Below, one piece after another: positions 40,364-52,706 of a DNA stretch of 64,000 nucleotides (positions are counted from its first letter, which is position 1; each line of letters begins with the position of its first letter). Source of the stretch: Octopus vulgaris (Eukaryota); contig OX597836.1 of NCBI GenBank assembly GCA_951406725.2, positions 20,460,001 through 20,524,000 on the forward strand. Direction: 5' to 3'. The translations under genes were made by a program, and so were the position numbers. The notes under the pieces were generated by a model. The model was not told the origin of the DNA and ran no database searches. It worked only from the letters and a program-made list of their open reading frames with translations.

Positions 40364-41225
40364 CTAGAAAATGTATGAAAAATAAATATAAATTCATGAC
40401 AAACTAGGTTGAAATCAGTTTATTTTTTTATTTTTTACATGGTAAAGGAGAAAAAGAAAAAGAAAAAGAAAAAAAGAAAACGAAAATTGTTACAACAAAA
40501 GAAATCTTTAAATTACAATAAAATCAAAAGGTGCATGATGGCCTAATGGCTAGAGTGTTAGCAGTATGACTGTCAGATCTTGGGTTCAATCCTTGGACAA
40601 AGCAGTGTGTTTTGTCCTTGAGCAAGGGACTTCATTTCACATTTCTTCAGCTACACTCAGCTGAATTAAGTATTAGTGGTAACCTTGTGATAGGACACAA
40701 TTCAAGGTGTCTTACCCATGGAGTGAAGTGAGGGCTTCAAAAGTAGGATCAGCTATCATCTGACATTAAAAGACTATAGTTCAAAATACCCATGACATTA
40801 GCTCTCTCTTTCATACACACACAAATTCACCAAAAAAAAAGAAAAAAACAACAAATAAAAGTACAACATAATTAAGGGCTCACTAATGAATTTCTACAAT
40901 TAGCAGACTTTTAAATAGTTTGTTTACAGTGTTAGAAAATTTAAATATTTCATTGAAGAAGAAGACCTAATTCTTTAATTGTAAAAAGTACAGTGTTTAA
41001 GAGAGAACATTTTTGCAAGAAAATATTTATTTTATTATAAATAGGATGTTAGAAAAACTTGTCATTATTTTACCCATTTATCCTCCCCAATGTTATCTGA
41101 ATTAACACAAAAAATATTTTTACTATAGTGTTATATGGGGCTTTTTTGTAACTCTATTCTTCCTCAAACTTTTGTTCATCAGTTTTGAAATTTGAATAAA
41201 TTGTACCTCTTATGATATTGCAATG

Positions 41226-41559
41226 ACAGCGTGGAAGGTGTTTATAAGCCATTTAAGAAACACACAAAACCGTTAGATTCACTCCAACATTTAAATTTAA
41301 TTTGTCAAAATATTTTCATCGCTTTGAGACCACGACCTGTTCACTGACAAAACTTTGTGCTGCATCTCTGATGAAGCTTTGTCAATGAACAGGTCGTGGT
41401 CTCAAAGCGATGAAAATATTTTGACAAATTAAATTTAAATGTTGAAGTGAATCTAAAGGTTTTGTGTGTTTCTTAAATGGCTTATAAACACCTTCCACAT
41501 TGCAATTGTTTTCGTTCCAGCACACAATCTCAGATCAAGTCACTTGCTATGCAAGTACA
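41226..41559. mobile_element. Retroposed foldback element with 121-bp inverted arms and 15-bp TSD
   Basis: Arms at 41231-41351 and 41378-41498; flanks TATGATATTGCAATG (41211-41225) and TATGATGTTGCAATG (41560-41574). Confidence 0.85.
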
Positions 41560-42209
41560 TATGATGTTGCAATGCTAAGCAGAAAAAAATTGAATGAATT
41601 TATCTCACAAATCAATTATTCAACCTCAGTCATGAAAAGAGCCTCTACATTAGGGGTTCTCAAATTGGGGTACACAAGGTTTGTAAAAACACTGGAATTT
41701 TGAAGTAATCACAATCAATTAAGCACAACTTGTGGGTCTTGAAAAATGCATGGAAAGCCTTTTGCTGTTCCCATCCATTTATCATTGTGAACAAAAGGGT
41801 TTCAGCAATCTTTTATCATTTCTTTTAATCTTTTTTTTGTTTCAGTCTTTAGACTGCAGTCATGCTGGGACACCACCCAGAAGAAATTTTATTTTTAGTT
41901 GAATGAATCAACCCCAGTAGTTTTTTTTTAAGACTGGTACTTATTCTATCAATCTCTTAGGCTGAACTACTAAGTTATAGGAATGTAAACAAACCAACAC
42001 TGGGTGTCAGGTGGTGGCGGGGGAAACACACACACATATAAGATGGGCTTTTTTCAGTTTCTGTTACCAAATCCACTTACAAAGCTCTGGTTGGACTGAT
42101 GCTTATAGTACAAGACTCTTTCCAAGTTGCCATGTGGTGGAACAACCTGGAACCATGTGGTTGGGAAGCCACATGTGTAAGACCAAAAATAAATTTCATA
42201 CAAGACTGT

Positions 42210-43040
42210 TAGCATGATTGTTACCAGCATTGCCTTACTGGCACTTGTGCCAGTGGCACATGAAAAAGCATTCGAGCGAGGTCGTTGCCAGTACCACCTA
42301 ACTGGCCCCCGTGCTGGTGGCATGTAAAAGCACCCACTACACTCTTGGAGCCCTTCAATCAACTGTTGGCATTAGGAAGGGCATCTAGCTGTAGAAACTC
42401 TGCCAGATCGAGATTGGAGCCTGGTGCAGCCATCTGGTTTGCCAGTCCTCAGTCAAATTGTCCAACCCATGCTAGCATGGAAAGCGGATGTTAAACGATG
42501 ATGATGATGATGACTGTTAATTGAGAATGTTTATATGGGTGAGACTCTCTGAAATTTTGCCTACAACTGGGTAACTTGTTTGAAAATTCAGCTCATTTAT
42601 CTCATTAAAAATGTAACATTAACTTAAATGAAACAGATTTCTTACATAATTATGAAGCCAATAATTTTAAGAGAAGAAACAGTTGATTAAATTGACTGAT
42701 ACTTTAATTTACTGATTCTGGACATATAAAAAGTAAGGTTGACCACAGCAGGATTTGAACTCTTTAATTAAATTAATAACAGCCTCGCCTGGCCTCCATG
42801 CCGGTGGCACGTAAAAAGCACCATCCAATCATGGCCGTTTCCCAGTCTCGTCTGGCACCTGTGCTGGTGGCATGTAAAAAGCACCCACTACACTCATGGA
42901 GTGGTTGGCATTAGGAAGGGCATCCAGCCGTAGAAACATTGCCAGATCAGACTGGGCCTGGTGCAGCCTTCTGGCTTCCCAGACCCCAGTTGAACCGTCC
43001 AACCCATGCCAGCATGGAAAGCGGATGCTAAATGATGATG
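42210..43040 (+). mobile_element. Two family C copies (about 42210-42512 and 42785-43040)
   Basis: Both end CCAACCCATGC(T/C)AGCATGGAAAGCGGATG..AAA.GATGATGATG. Confidence 0.8.
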
Positions 43041-43693
43041 AATACATGTCTATCTTTGGTTTTATATTGTCCAACCATTCTATATAATATTCTTCCTACA
43101 AGATACACTAATACTGCAGGACATGATGAAGGGTTACGAGGAAGAAAATGCTTGAGTGTTCTAGAGCTTCTTAATTTTTGCATTAGTCCCTTGTTTCAAG
43201 TATGAAAGCAAAGACTTCGCTGTCGCTTTTCAAGTCACTTAATTTAATCACTCGATTGAGCACTTGTACTTCTTAAGAGTGAAGTAGAGTTTCCAACGTT
43301 CGCTTTCTTAAATGATAAAAAATTCACAAAGAACGTGAACTAACAAATGTATAAATGTAATTTTCTTTTGAAAACATTGCAAGGTTTTAATGTGGAGATT
43401 GAGGCTACTTCAACTTAAAGTAGTTATGTGCTGTCAAAATGATATGATTATTATTTTTAATGAGATTTTAAGTTACCAAACTAGTGCCATTAATTTTTGA
43501 CAGGAAAAAATATTAGCATGATGACTCACAAGATTCTAAAGAAATAGCATTTTGTATAATACTGGTATGGCTGAGTGGTTAAGAAGTTTGCCTTGCAACT
43601 ACAAGGCTTTGAGTTCAGTACCAGTGTGTGGCTCCTAGGGGGAAGTGTCTTTTACAACTTTGAGATGATCAAAGTCTTGTGAGTGGGTTCAGT

Positions 43694-44105
43694 GGATCTT
43701 TTCGGTTTGAATGGCAGTTTTTAACATAATTTCTAGGTAACTAAAAAATTTTAAACTTCGTATACTGGTAGAATGTGTTTATAAAACATCTTTTTCTCTT
43801 GGCTTTATTGAGAAAATTCTATAGTTTGTAAGATATTTGTTGGTTTTTTTCTTCAATTTCTGCAATTTCAACCAATCACTGACGTCTACTGAGGTAAAAA
43901 ACATTCTGTGCTGTATGAATATGTCCCTTGTTTAAGAAACAGATTGGGTTTATTTACATTTGAGAAGAAAAAAAAGATACCCTTCACCCCACCCCTAACC
44001 CTAAAACAGATTGAAATGCAATAGATCGATACTAGGGTCATAATTATGGGTGACAATTTCATATGACACCGCTAGAAAAAACTGCCGTTCAAACCGAAAA
44101 GATCC
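43694..44105. mobile_element. MITE with 29-bp TIRs and 8-bp TSD (Merlin-like?)
   Basis: GGATCTTTTCGGTTTGAATGGCAGTTTTT ... AAAAACTGCCGTTCAAACCGAAAAGATCC; flanks GGTTCAGT and GATTCAGT; splits an old family A SINE. Confidence 0.85.
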
Positions 44106-45170
44106 GATTCAGTAGATAGAAATTGAAACTTATTATATGCATCTGTGTGTGGGTGTGCCAGCATGTGTTGACATTGCATGGTAACTGTGATCAAATGTCG
44201 CCATCGTGCAAATGGTGTGATTCACTAGCAATCTTCCATGAAAACATGTCTGACCACTGTATTACCATGTTCAATGGATGAGGGGAAAATATTACCTCAC
44301 TTAGAAATAGGTGAGAGTTGTGGCAGGAAGAGCATCTGGCTATAAAAATCATGGCTCAACGAATTTCATCGGAACTATATAAAGTATGGAAAACTGGACA
44401 CTATGATGATGATGATGATGATGATGCACCATAACAAAATTAAAGTACAATTGTTGTTTAGTTCCAGGGCAACCTGATTGAATATGCTCATGATCATAGA
44501 AATTCCAGCCATGACCATCCCTGGCTGTTTTGAGTAGTTATTGTTGTTTATCTTCAGACCAGCTCTGTTCAAACAGACTGTTAAACAAAGATGTTCCAGC
44601 CATGACCATCCATGCCATCATATTTTTAGGCATAGTAAATAAATAACCAATGATATTAACGGGCTGTGATAAGAGGCAGATTTAGTTGCTATTTCAAGCT
44701 GGTCAAGTGACCATATAAAGTTACCCTTACCGACTTGCAATTTTGTGATACTGTTGCTGTTTAGTCCTAGGTCAAACCTGACCAAACAGACCTCTTATCA
44801 AAAACATTACAGTAATGACCACCCCATCTTATTTCCAAGCACAGTGCATCCAGAACAACATTGTTCGACATCTTCTTTCTTAGGGTAAGATTTGTGGTAG
44901 ATTTGGCTGCTATTTCCAGCATGCTGAGTGACCACATAAAGTCTCTCATGCTCTCCCTCCCCGTTTTGTCTTTTCACCCCATAACCAACCCCTTCTCCAC
45001 ACTGTTAACTTGTGCTCCTCCACCCAATATGTCAGGATGGTCATGTTACCTCTCAAGTAATCATATCATTGTTGTGTGGTTTATGCAAGTTGAAGTGTGA
45101 ACCCAGATAATGAAGAACTAGAACAAAAGACTTATTTAGCCACTAATGGCTGCTGTATGTGTATCTATGC

Positions 45171-45215
<45 letters not shown>

Positions 45216-45410
45216 TATGTACTGTGGAACATCTTTAATGTTCAGACAGCTGCAATGAACTGATTAAAGATGATATTCTTGCCTTCTTCTCTCTCTCTCT
45301 CTCTCTCTTTCTCTGTACCCACATATCTCTCTTTCTATTGCTCCATCAATTTTACATATACACTACTTATTTCACAGTCATACAATCAATTAGCATCAGT
45401 CCTTCACATG

Positions 45411-45444
<34 letters not shown>

Positions 45445-45532
45445 CTCGATTTTACACATATATACATATACACAGTCTCTCTTGTACATATATACTCTCT
45501 CAAGCTAATTTTATACACCTACACTGTTTCCC

Positions 45533-45595
<63 letters not shown>

Positions 45596-45663
45596 ACTGG
45601 AAGAAGTACCACAAACCATTTTGGTTGATGTTCTAACAATTCTGCTAGTCTATACACTGTTTC

Positions 45664-45704
<41 letters not shown>

Positions 45705-47832
45705 CACTAAGTTGCTCTCAACACACACAATTTGTCTTTCTCTTTCCTACATTCACACATGCTATTTGTTTCTCTCTCTCTTTCTTTTTTTTCAAACACA
45801 AACACACTTTCTTTCTGTCATACACACACTCTGTCTGTCTGTCTGTCTCTCTCCCTCTCAGATATGGATACACACAAATCCAGTGTTAAATATGTGGGAA
45901 TCTATCAAATATACAGGAATTGGTAGAGATGCAAAGGAAGAAAGAGAGACAGAGACTAAAAGAGAGAGAAACAGAGTGAGTGAAAACGATAAGTGTAGAG
46001 GGAAATAAACATAAAGAGAGAGAGAGAAAGGAAGACAGTGAGAGAGGGAGAAAAAGAGATGAAGAAGACTGAGAAAATAGAGGTAAGAGCTGGGGTGGGA
46101 GAGAGAGACAGAGAAGGAGCATAGGAAGAGAGAAGAAGAAAGGGATATACAAAGAAGGGGAGAAAGTGAAAGTGAAAGAGAGAGAGAGGGAGAGAAGGAG
46201 GGACAGAGTGAAAGAGAAGTAAAAATAACAAGGAATATCTACGCGGAAGTCCAAGATTTGTTTTGGTAACAACAACAACAACAACCAAAGTAAGCAACTT
46301 AAAACAGATCTATAAATCACAAACCACTTTTACTTTATCCCCCCTCCTCCTCTCCACCCCCACCTTTTACTCTACTCAAAAGACACACTGAATATAATGA
46401 TAGATCAATATACTGTAGAACAACAACAACAACAACAACAACAATAATCTTTTCTACTAATGGCACAGGACTGAAATTTGTGGGGAGGGGGACTAGTCGA
46501 TTCCATTGACCACAGTGTTTTCAGTGGTGCTTAATTCATCGACCCTGAAAGGATGAAAGGCAATGTCGACCTCAGTGGAATTTGAACTTAGAACGTAAAG
46601 ATGGATGAAATACTGCTAAGCATTTTGCCTGGTGTGCCAACGATTCTGCCAGCTTGCTGATTGGATAAGAACAACAACAACAATGATGATGATGATGATG
46701 ATGATGATAATAATAATAATGATGGTAAATAGTTTCTGAGTTAGGTATCAAGGCCAACAATTTCAAAAGGGAGAGTGCTAGTCAATCATATTGACCCCAG
46801 TACTTGCCAAGAAATTTATTTTACTTGGATGAAAGGAAAAGGTGACCTTGGTGAGATTTGAACTGTATACAACTGGAAGAAGTACCACAAACCATTTTGG
46901 TTGAAGTTCTAACAATTCTGCTAGTCTATCATCTTAATACTAATACTAACCATTTCTAACATAGGTACAACAAGTGTAATTCTGAGAGAGGAGGAGGTTA
47001 GTCAATATCATGAATCATAAGTACTTAACTAGTACTTTAGTTTATCAATTGCACATTGTCTATGTGTAACTGGGGCAAGATATGTGAAAGCATGTAGCCA
47101 GGTTATAAGGGTTTGGCTCATAATCATGAGGTCATAGATTCAATCCCTGGTCTAGGCAGTGCATTGAATTCTTAAGCAAGGTGCTTCATTTTATGTTGTT
47201 CCGGTCCACTCAGGTGTAAATAAGTACCAGTCATGCGGTAGTGCAGCCCTTTCTCCCTCTAGTTGTCACACCCTAGATATGCCACTGGGTCAAGGTGGCG
47301 GCTAAGACAAGAATGTGTCTTTGGTGGTGGCTAAGTCAAGAATGTGTCTATGCCTGCCTGCTCATTACCCCAAAGACACCTAAACCAATCAACAAAAACA
47401 TGGCACATGGTACCATGTCATACTCACTTGGGAGTGATGGTTATAGTTTCCATATTACATATTTATCATATGTTCGGCTACAAATGTTATTCTATCTACC
47501 AAATTTTTATGGGTGGGACTCTAAATCTGTCACTGGTTTTTAACATTGCTGCCACCACCACCAGCACCACCATACTGTTGGGTGCCTTTAGTAGAGTCTA
47601 CTCTGTTGCAAGCATTTGGATCAGATTTCTGATCTGAATTCCTCCTCTATTCACAGCACTAGTCTCTGGGGTCCTGCAAAGATGTTATTCCCTTAAGCCT
47701 TAAAACATTAACTAAAGCTAAACAAACAGGATCACATATCAGAACCAAGGTTTCTTTCGATTCTTCTCTCAATCCACTGAAGTATGTGTGTGTATATATT
47801 TTGAAGTTTCAACCAGCTAAGCTATTGTCAGC

Positions 47833-47873
47833 AGTCTGATGATGGCTTAACTGGCTGAAACTTCGAAGTCACT
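47833..47873 (+). ncRNA. Type-I hammerhead ribozyme motif
   Basis: AGT-CTGATGA-T-GGCT taact GGCT-GAAAC-TTCGAA-GTC-ACT: intact core, GUC triplet, palindromic stem III, 3-bp stem I. Confidence 0.65.
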
Positions 47874-47963
47874 CTCAACAACATTCTTGTAATAAATTTG
47901 TACTCTACAAAAGTAAAGATTAAAGTAAAATTGTTTTTATTATAACCGAACATAAAAACAAAC

Positions 47964-47997
<34 letters not shown>

Positions 47998-48102
47998 ATG
48001 CAAGTGTTAAAATAGCCAAATAATTTCCTTTCAAACAGGTTATATTATTAAAGACATGACTGTTTGTCTTCAATCTTTTTTATTAAGAGATTTTCATATT
48101 AA

Positions 48103-48683
48103 CCCTTTAGCATTTAAACCAGCCATATCTGGTACAAAAATTTTGTTTTATGCTCAAACTGGCCAGACACAACCTTGCAAACCTATCCTATAATCTCTTT
48201 CTAATAATATACAATCACATCAGCAAAAGCTATGGTATATCTTCTATCTTTTACTTGTTTCAGTCATTAGACTGCAGCCATGCAGGGGCACCTCCTTGAA
48301 GAATTTTTAGTTGAATGAATCGACCCAAGTAGCTTTTTTTTAAGCCTGGTACTTATTCTATTGGTCTCTTTTGAAGAACCACTAAGTTACGAGGATGTAA
48401 ACACACCAACACTGGTGAGGGATAAACACAGACACAAAGACACACACACTATGGTCTTCTTTCAGTTTCTGTCTACAAAATCCACTCACAAGGCTTTGAT
48501 TGGCCCAAAGCTATAGTAGACACTTGTCCAAGGTACCACACAGTGGGACAGAACCCAGAACCATGTGGTTGGGAAACAAGCTTCTAACCACACAGCCACA
48601 CTTGCACCTATATGCATGATTAATTCAAAATGATATGAACAAATAAACGTTACATTTGACAGAATAATCTGAATTCTAAAGGG
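48103..48683. mobile_element. piggyBac-like MITE with a nested family A SINE (about 48241-48608, minus)
   Basis: TTAA|CCCTTTAG ... CTAAAGGG|TTAA. Removing the SINE restores colinearity with 34410-34628. Confidence 0.82.
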
Positions 48684-49075
48684 TTAACTCAATAATCTGA
48701 CTGGTTATATATTTTATAAACTTCCCACTTTGCCGTCAGAAACATAAAAGGAAAAGTCGACCTTGACAGGAATTGAATATAGAACACAAAGATGTGTAAG
48801 TAAATGCCAAAGGGGATGCTGGCCAATGCTCTAATGATTCTATCAATCAGGTACTGAAGCTAATAAAAGAGGATTTAGACTGTCTGGAAAGTCTTACAAA
48901 ATTCTTAATTAGCTTGTTAGAGTCCTTCTAGTAACAATTTTTCTTGTCTTTTATTTCCTTTTCTTTAAGCACTCGAAATAGAAAAATCTAATTAAAAGCC
49001 TGTCATTAGTGATGCATGGAACATTGGAACGATGTGGGAAAAATTACAAGATGAAAAAAATTTAATCAAAAATAC

Positions 49076-49170
49076 CTTAATAAGACCACTTTCAGTACAG
49101 GTTGCGTTAACCCTTTAATGATAGCTGAAGCGTTTAAGTGACTCCTGCCATAGAGAACTTGTCCGTTCAC
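49076..49170 (-). CDS. MPDZ: MPDZ/MUPP1-like multi-PDZ protein, internal exon (C-terminal half of PDZ8)
   Basis: Minus strand ttttgcag|GTGAAC...TTAAG|gtattt, 95 nt, phase 0->2. Translates VNGQVLYGRSHLNASAIIKGLTQPVLKVVLL(R), matching MPDZ PDZ8 INGQILYGRSHQNASSIIK as recalled. Confidence 0.93.
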
Positions 49171-49751
49171 CTGCAAAAAGAGAAAAATAAATTAAATAAA
49201 TAAGAAAACAACATACAATGACAATATAATCGATAAGTGTCAACATTTGTTAATTAGTTTTGGAAACAATATCATTGATTGAGACTAAATCTTTCCCAAA
49301 TTTTGCACATGACTCCAAAATCATTCTAAAATAATGCATGAAGAGAAATATCCCTTGAGTACAACTGGGAGGATTCAGGAAAAGTGATGTTGAATGACTG
49401 ACAGTTGTAAAGGAGTGGTAGTGGAGTAGAAGTGTTAAAGTGAAATATAGAAACATCAGTCTACGATGCCAATGTCTGTTTTCCTTTCCCTTAATTTTCT
49501 CTAAGTTCTCTCTTTCTCTTTATTCATCCAGCTCTCTATTTTTCTCACTGTCTCACTTTTACTCATCCTTTCTATCTGTCTCTGTCTCTCTCACAACAGA
49601 CACATTTACTCACTCAACTCTCTTAGACAACAAAGTATAGGCAAATATAATTTTTTTTTCACTCTTTGTTAATCAAAATTTAATGTTGTTAATGTGTGAA
49701 ATACAATGTGATTGTGTGTCTGTGTTTCTTTGTGCTTGTGGGTGTGTGTAG

Positions 49752-49798
<47 letters not shown>

Positions 49799-49844
49799 CA
49801 AACACAAACATATGGATGTGTATATGTGTGTGTGTTTGTGTGTA

Positions 49845-50666
49845 CACAGGGTGCAGTGAATAAACTGTCGTCTAAGTTACGCAAAAATGAAAATAACACT
49901 GACATCTCATTTTAACAGATATGTTTACCAAAATTACATAAAAATATCTTCAAATACTAAAGAATAAATTTATTCAATAAAACTGCCATTGGCTTCAACC
50001 ACAGCCGCCAGACAACTTTGGAGTCTCCTGCAACTCTTCTGGATAGTTTCCTTGTTGAAGATGGTGAATGCTGCTATAATCCTTGCCTTCAGTTCATCTT
50101 TGGTGTTACAAGGAGTTTTGCTGGTCTCTCGCTCAACTGTGCCCCACACATAATAATCAAGGGGTTGTAGTCTGGGGAGTTAGGTGGCCAGATGTTAGGG
50201 GTGATGTGGTGCAGAGACCTGTTGCTAAACATAGGGTCATCCAGCAGCCACCTTTTTAACCCAGGGCAGCACTACCTCCTCCATGCACTTGATGTAGGCC
50301 TCTGTGTTGAGTCTTAGGACATGTGGGAAGATGAATGGAGGTATAACATCACCATCACTAGTGATCACTCCAAACACCATGATGTTGACTGGATGTTTGA
50401 TTTTTATCACTCTCAGTACATGTCCTCAAAGTGACACCCAAACACTCTGAAATGTTGGTATTGGGGCTTCCGGTGTGAATGCCAAGCAGTACAGCGTGTT
50501 GTTTCCAAATTTCTGGCAGAGTGAATTGTGTCATGGTACTGTTTTTCTCACAGATGTTTACCCAACTGACCCTACTATACTGTGTAGTCAACAAAATAAA
50601 AAACAAACAATGCGCACGCGTAAAATTAAAAATATAAAATGGTATCAATTTTCCCATCATACCCAG
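49845..50666 (-). mobile_element. Internally deleted Tc1/mariner element, DD37D (maT)-like transposase remnant at 49970-50420
   Basis: Minus-strand peptides NIMVFGVITSDGDVIPPFIFPHVLRLNTEAYIKCMEEVVLPWVKK, QQVSAP and WPPNSPDYNP/(L)DYYVWGTVERETSKTPCNTKDELKARI...VVEANGSFIE*, with stops and a frameshift. Imperfect CAGGGTG / TACCCAG|TA ends. Confidence 0.8.
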
Positions 50667-50950
50667 TATGTATATATATATATATATAGGTTAGCAGAGT
50701 TAGAAGTTGGAACAACCATCTATGGGATAAGAATATCTGTTTTTACTATTGGTTTAAATTACCTATGTTAACCCTGGGCATACATATGCAAGGGTATTAT
50801 GTTCATAGGATAAAGGCAATGAACAAAGATAATCAAGAGATTATCAGGAATCAAATTAAAATTAAGCAGAAAATGGAGAAATCTTGATCAACTAACACTG
50901 ACTATTATTGACTAACATCAATTATTATTTTTTAATACAAAACTTTATCC

Positions 50951-51068
50951 CATCTAACAGCCGTTTCTGCTTCCAATGTCCTACAGTGTTGCCACTGAAA
51001 ATTCTGAGAATAATGTTTGTCATATTTTCTGACACATCCAATCTGGAACAGGGAGCTTCATCAGAGTG
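50951..51068 (-). ncRNA. Type-I hammerhead motif with a 90-nt stem II insert, sense to the MPDZ pre-mRNA
   Basis: Minus strand CACT-CTGATGA-[AGCTCC...GGAAGCA]-GAAAC-GGCT-GTT-AGATG. Confidence 0.55.
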
Positions 51069-51384
51069 AAGAAAAATACATAAAAGAAAAGAAAAGAAGA
51101 GCCTTGGGAAGAGGAAAGAAGGCTTAATTTATTTAAATCATACCATTTTGCAGTGTAACGTTTCAGGACGTTGAGTAAATGACAAAACTAGAAATATTAT
51201 TTGATAGGTTAATCTTTCTTTAGGAGTAACAGGATGTATAAATAATAAGAAAAGTAAAATAAATACTTTACCATAACAGGATATGCTAATAAGTCTAGAA
51301 AAGGGAGGATTGATAGTGCCATAACTTTTAGAAGTAACCATAATAGTTCTTAAGATTATGCTAATAGTACTAATTAATATCTGT

Positions 51385-51616
51385 CCGTGGCCGTTTGCCA
51401 GCCCCGTCTGGCATCTGTGCGGGTGGCACGTAAAAAGCACCCACTACACTCATGGAGTGGTTGGCGTTAGGAAGGGCATCCAGCCGTAGAAACACTGCCA
51501 GATCAGATTGGGCCTGGTGCAGCCTTCTGGCTTCCCAGACCCCAGTTGAACCGTCCAACCCATGCTAGCATGGAAAACGAACGCTAAATGATGATGATGA
51601 TGATGATGATGATGAT
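51385..51616 (+). mobile_element. Family C copy with (GAT)n tail
   Basis: Homologous to 42830-43040. Confidence 0.82.
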
Positions 51617-51960
51617 AAATAAAATGCCCATCAATTAATTAAATTTATTGACTTACTAATATATTGTAAAGACCAAACACCTATTGTCTGTAATGGGATT
51701 GACCAAAGTCCAGCCCTGAATGTAATTGGTCAGTATACACCTCACTTGGATTTTATCTCTTCTGAGGTTCCACTCACTATGAAACATGTAGCCCAGATTT
51801 CCCATATTCCATTCTGTATCTCTTGTACATATACTCTGAATGCCTTGCTTACCTGGGCATAGATACATTGAAGCTCTGATGTCTGGCAACTGACTTGGTA
51901 AACACCCACAAAATTATTAACCATCTCTGTCCCTAGATCTGAATGAGTGCATATCCATAT

Positions 51961-52350
51961 AGGCGCAGGAGTGGCTGTGTGGTAAGTAGCTTGCTTACCA
52001 ACCACATGGTTCCAGGTTCAGTCCCACTGCGTGGCATCTTGGGCAAGTGTCTTCTGCTATAGCCTTGTGAGTGGATTTGGTATACAGAAAATGAAAGAAG
52101 CCTGTTGTATATATGTGTATATATATATATGTATGTGCGTGTATATGTTTGTGTGTCTGTGTTTGTCCCCCTAGCATTGCTTGACAACCGATGCTGGTGT
52201 GTTTACGTCCCTGTCACTTAGCGGTTCGGCAAAAGAGACCGATAGAATAAGTACTGGGCTTACAAAGAATAAGTCCCAGGGTCGATTTGCTCGACTAAAG
52301 GCGGTGCTCCAGCATGGCCGCAGTCAAATGACTGAAACAAATAAAAAGAG
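51961..52350 (+). mobile_element. SINE family A, full head
   Basis: AGGCGCAGGAGTGGCTGTGTGGTAAG... through CTGAAACAAATAAAAGAG. Confidence 0.9.
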
Positions 52351-52419
52351 TATAGTGCTAAGTAATGCCATTGGATGGTGTAAAGGTGGCTCTGTATACT
52401 ATGGCCCTTGAAAGACAAG

Positions 52420-52690
52420 ATCCTTCTAGAGGGCACAACAACCACCTTGAGCACCTTTTTGAGCTCCATGTGTTTAACACACATGGGCATGCCTACAGAC
52501 AGCACAGCTCCCATGACTTTCGGAAACATTTTTTCACACTCAGAATTGCTGAAGCATGGAACAGACTGCCATCATTGCTCATACATTGTTCACTTTCCTG
52601 ATTTTTTAACATAATTCTATGTACTGTACATGCACCTTTGATGCGTTGTAGTGCACCTAAGCATTATATACAATATTTTCATTATTATTA
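52420..52690 (+). pseudogene. 3' end of a CR1/L2-clade LINE ORF2 and 3' UTR
   Basis: HDFRKHFFTLRIAEAWNRLPS matches the CR1 C-terminal 'R..FF..R....WN.LP' motif; ends in (ATT)n. Confidence 0.75.
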
Positions 52691-52706
52691 TATATATATA
52701 TATATA

